DNA of 53,115 nucleotides from Perkinsus olseni (Eukaryota): NCBI GenBank assembly GCA_013115125.1, contig JABANN010000206.1, positions 1 to 53,115 of the forward strand, read 5' to 3'. Shown piece by piece: positions 49,537 to 53,115 of this stretch (position 1 is its first letter; each line of letters starts with the position of its first letter). The notes under the pieces were generated by a model. It saw only the letters and a program-made list of their open reading frames with translations, ran no database searches and was not told where the DNA came from. The position numbers and the translations under genes were made by a program.

Positions 49537-50478
49537 TCAGTGTCCTAATGCAGCAAACGCTTGCTTGAGCATATCGTTAGCCATTAGAGTGATGCCTGCA
49601 GTGGGGGCAGCCTTCAGAGCTGACACCGGTAAGCCCCTATAGAGCCTCCTCACCCCACCAGCATCGAGTAACTGCATCATGGCCCCTCTCAGCCCTACCC
49701 TATGCACAATCATATACCGCCGTACTGTATCCAAGGGAAAACATGTGGATACAGCTAGGATACCGCTACATGTACCGATAAGTAGCCTGTCCCAGGCGGT
49801 CAGCCTATGATGTCGCTGAGCATACCGCTCCTTCATATAATCGTAGCTACCTAGTGACACCCCCACGTAAGGAGCTATCTCGACCATGTTCACGAGGAGG
49901 CCTCGGAACATAGTCCCTTCCCGAACCATCTTCCTCATCTCTGCCGTCAGCGTTGTTTGGTGAGCTTGGGCGGCCATGGTCGTTCTAGCAACATCCAGAG
50001 GGTACATGAGGACGCAGGCAGACGCCCCCGATATCATGCCGGACAGCAGTGCGGGTACTAAGGTCTGTTGTGTAGTATGTACACCGTAGCTCCGCCGTAG
50101 CTCCTTGAGCCGCGAGAATATCGTCATCCTCAGCGCTTGCGTTGGGAATATTCGGATGAGGTTGGCCATATTACCCCTCCATAATGAGAGGATTCCTTGG
50201 TCCTTGGCCGTCCGCAACAGCACCGACAGCCAACCACCGCGGGAAGCAACAAAAACCGATGCTCTGCCTTCTACTTGCATCAAAATCTTCACTCGATCTA
50301 GCGGAGCGGTGCAAGTCCTGCCGATGACTGCAGCAGTACCCCCTGACAGCAACTGTGACACGAAGCCCGGCTCCGAGTGGTGGGGGTTGGGCTGCAGTAC
50401 GACGTCCAACTTCGACGGATGACGAGCCTTATGGAGCCGCTGCGGTGACACTGTTGGTGGCGGTACTGGACATGACAT
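49537..50478 (-). CDS. Mitochondrial carrier (SLC25; CoA/adenine-nucleotide-like subgroup), intronless
   Basis: TAPLDRVKILMQ, LWRGNMANLIRIFP, YPLDVART, IAPYVG, FPLDTVRR and LYRGL...KAAP. Confidence 0.9.
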   Translation of the reverse strand: MSCPVPPPTVSPQRLHKARHPSKLDVVLQPNPHHSEPGFVSQLLSGGTAAVIGRTCTAPLDRVKILMQVEGRASVFVASRGGWLSVLLRTAKDQGILSLWRGNMANLIRIFPTQALRMTIFSRLKELRRSYGVHTTQQTLVPALLSGMISGASACVLMYPLDVARTTMAAQAHQTTLTAEMRKMVREGTMFRGLLVNMVEIAPYVGVSLGSYDYMKERYAQRHHRLTAWDRLLIGTCSGILAVSTCFPLDTVRRYMIVHRVGLRGAMMQLLDAGGVRRLYRGLPVSALKAAPTAGITLMANDMLKQAFAALGH

Positions 50479-50577
50479 CAGGTTAACGACTAACAGAGGT
50501 GACCTCTCTCGAGAAGGACAACACAGCGCCATAAATAGTGCTTGAAACACGCGATAAGGCTGAGAGGAGCCCAGAGA

Positions 50578-51906
50578 TTACTGAGGGCAGGATGCGCCGA
50601 AGTATACGACCTTGACAGATGTTGTGAGGTCAGTACCATTGTTGGTCTCGGGAGACTGTCGAGGTACCACCCAGACTTTACACTCCTGCTTCAACGGTAC
50701 ATCCACCGAACGCCCATTGCCTACTGCCGCGTAGGGTAGCAGCTCCGAGGATACTTCTGGAATTATATCACAGCTAACCACTAGGGAGTAGCCTTCGGCC
50801 ACTGTGAGGTTCACCATAGCGTAGCGGGTGTCACATAGATTCAACTGCTGCATCACTTCCTCATAAACCTAAGTACCGAGCGGATTAGTCGAAAGCCCCG
50901 GGTAGTGGAAGTACCTTAACAGTGGAGACAAGGGGCTTATCATCAGCCTGGACAGCCGTGAGCTCCAAGGTCCGGGTGTGGCCCACTCCCCAGCCACCGG
51001 AGTTCCGATGCTCAGTCAGATAAGGGCGGGGACCCTTGGAGTCGTTCAGCGCAGATGAGGAGAGGGAATGACTGCATCCCAATAAGGTGCACTTCATATG
51101 GCCTGCGGGAGGAATTGAACCCTAGACCTTTGGATTGATAGTACCCGGCATGTCATCCGGTCCCTCATAAACATGTCGAAAAATATCCAGGTTCCAAGTC
51201 TCGGGCACCACCCGTGACATGTCGTCCTCCAAGGACTTAGCACTGTTTGCGTCCAATAAAGACAGCGAGGCGGAAGTATGCAGCTCACAGAAGTTCACAA
51301 CAGCATCTTCATTCGATATTAACTAAGTGGTACTATCAGGCCTCTTTAGCTTCGCTCCGCTGTACTACCTTCTCCCATTTATCCTTGGGAATCATGTGGG
51401 AACCCCTGCCACCGGACAGGTTGAACTGAGTGGCAGACACTGCTGGTACGCAGGTGACGGCTATGAAGGCCTTAGAATCCTCTTTAGAACAGTTTATTAA
51501 ATATACTCCTTGCCAGGTACCTGGACCAGCCTCCCACCACGACGCCCGTCCATGAGCCACTATTACCTCGCTTGAGCTTGCCTCCTCTAACAGGTAGGGA
51601 CATGGAGCCCCTCGCTAGTACAGGCCCTGACTGGAATCCACTAGGGTCCAGCCTTCTGAATGCTGCTAGGTGGTCACTCTGGACTGTCGGGTCACAGCTC
51701 TCGTTTACAGACAGTCCGAAATCTGCCCAGCATCAGAATCGCCTCTGCAAAGAAGAGAGAATGGGCTTACGCGGTGCTGTGCGCCCGGTAAGGGTGAGAT
51801 TGCAAAGACCATCATGATGACCTAACCGGGATGATAGTTCCCTCTGGAGGAGGGAATCGATAAGGCTAATGGACTCAGCTCGTAGGTTTACGGTGACTAC
51901 CGACAT
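50578..51906 (-). CDS. Tandem-repeat YjbQ/UPF0047 family protein (two clear repeats plus a degenerate third), 6 exons
   Basis: Introns 51723-51770, 51521-51566, 51323-51368, 51103-51144 and 50869-50914 give one frame. It contains GLSVNESCDPTVQSD, SLPVRGGKLKRGTWQGVYL, RGSHMI, HTSASL, FRHVYEGPDDMPGHMKCTLLG and YLTEHR. Confidence 0.82.
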
Positions 51907-53115
51907 ACTGGTAAAACAGCACTGAAAATAGTCTCCGTCAGGCAGCTGCCCCGAGTCCGAAACACCAGAATTGCGTACCTCCCGAATTTAACCAAACCCG
52001 AATTTTCCCGAACCCGAAGAGCGCGCCCATATAATCTATTAAACGGGGCATTTTCTCCGCTATCGGATATTCAATTTTGGGGCACGCTTTTTCCCAGAGC
52101 TGTTGAATTATCCGCTGGCAACTTCTAAGAATGGCAGTTACAGCAGGTCGATTGGCGTCTTGGTATATCGTGTATTCGCTAACCCGTAAGTCCTTGGATC
52201 AAATCCAGGGATGGCTTTTATTGCGACGGTTGCGTTGGTCACATAGATTCTCGCGCATCACCTAACATTTTCGTTTGATTCGAAGGAGTTTGGCGGAGTG
52301 GTGGAGCTGCGTACTGTGCAGGTGTAGGTTGTCGGTTCAAATCTCTCCGACGGTAGAATGAACGACGTTTCGACCATTTTCGAACTTTTCGCCGTTTTGT
52401 GCACAACGCATCGACTTCACTACTACTCACTGAGTGAGTCCTCTGTTAGACTTTTATGACACTTTCATATCAGTCTGTCGTTAAGTTACTGCAAAGATCT
52501 TGCTGGTCTAAATGGTATCGGCGTGGCAGCTAAGGTTGTCTTGCGCCGAAAATGGTTCAATATGATTTCGATCGCGGAAACTGTTTTTCAGAAAGCCAAA
52601 GCTTCTGCTCAAGGTCCCTCGGAAAATAGCAATGCTGAGGCTCTTCTAACGGTAACCGGTCCTAGTCGAGCCTTCGAGTAACCAGCTCCGATGCTTTCCG
52701 CTCAGTGTTTCGTTTTCTGTCAACCATGCTCTCCCTCCAGCCTCAGCCGAACCCTCTCCGTCATTTTAAGCTTCTCCTCCTCCTCCAGCTTTCTTCATTA
52801 CAGTCTCACGAGCCGGCCATTCCGATGGACATCGAGCGGATGATAATGAGTTATTTAGTACTGAGTCCCCAGCTCATACTTCCAAAAGGTGGGTGGAGGG
52901 CGGTGAGCGGCCCCCTGGTCGGGTGTACAGCAAATCACGTCAATGACATTCCCTTGTGCGGCACTAATGGTGATGGCTGTTTTCAATTTTGGTCGTACGA
53001 TACTACCCGATATTTCTTTCGTCATTTCCCCATCGATATTCTCTGGGTGGACGGAGGCCTCGCTCTATGCGGGGTACCTCACAAATGTAGCGGCCCGAGC
53101 GGGGAAGGACCCGCG

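Noticed and set aside
51910-53115. Possible gene, ncRNA or transposon end in the terminal non-coding region
   Set aside because: Only a 63-aa ORF without ATG. No recognisable RT, integrase, tRNA or snRNA motif, and no terminal repeats visible within the window.
1-53115. Spliced-leader RNA gene or relict SL (CCGTAGCCAT...GGCTCAAG)
   Set aside because: No convincing match found by eye on either strand; short cttgagcc hits lie in coding exons.

Overview
Eukaryotic, very gene-dense genomic DNA with many short (~42-70 nt) GT-AG introns, spacers often only 80-300 bp, and long co-oriented gene runs. Gene content and architecture suggest an alveolate, most likely a Perkinsus-like perkinsozoan (inference). 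About 24 protein genes can be supported: IMP1-like peptidase, a multi-pass membrane protein, glycine cleavage P protein, gamma-COP, START protein, RING-H2 ligase, a secreted orphan, an S9A oligopeptidase/PREPL-like enzyme, APC11, a SAM methyltransferase, MLH1, an ABCB6/HMT1-type half transporter, two SLC25 carriers, THOC3, V-ATPase B, an EGF-like surface protein, an EF-hand PPP phosphatase, SAXO-like and STPG/SHIPPO-repeat axonemal proteins, a tandem YjbQ protein, and several hypotheticals. The most notable observations are: (1) an intronic box C/D snoRNA in the V-ATPase B gene whose guide is complementary to U6 snRNA; (2) a single-chain multi-repeat YjbQ/UPF0047 protein whose conserved motifs are split between repeats; (3) an EF-hand PPKL-related phosphatase with intact catalytic motifs; (4) other oversized, structured introns; (5) operon-like unidirectional gene blocks. 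All exon structures were read by eye, so gene ends are approximate where stated.
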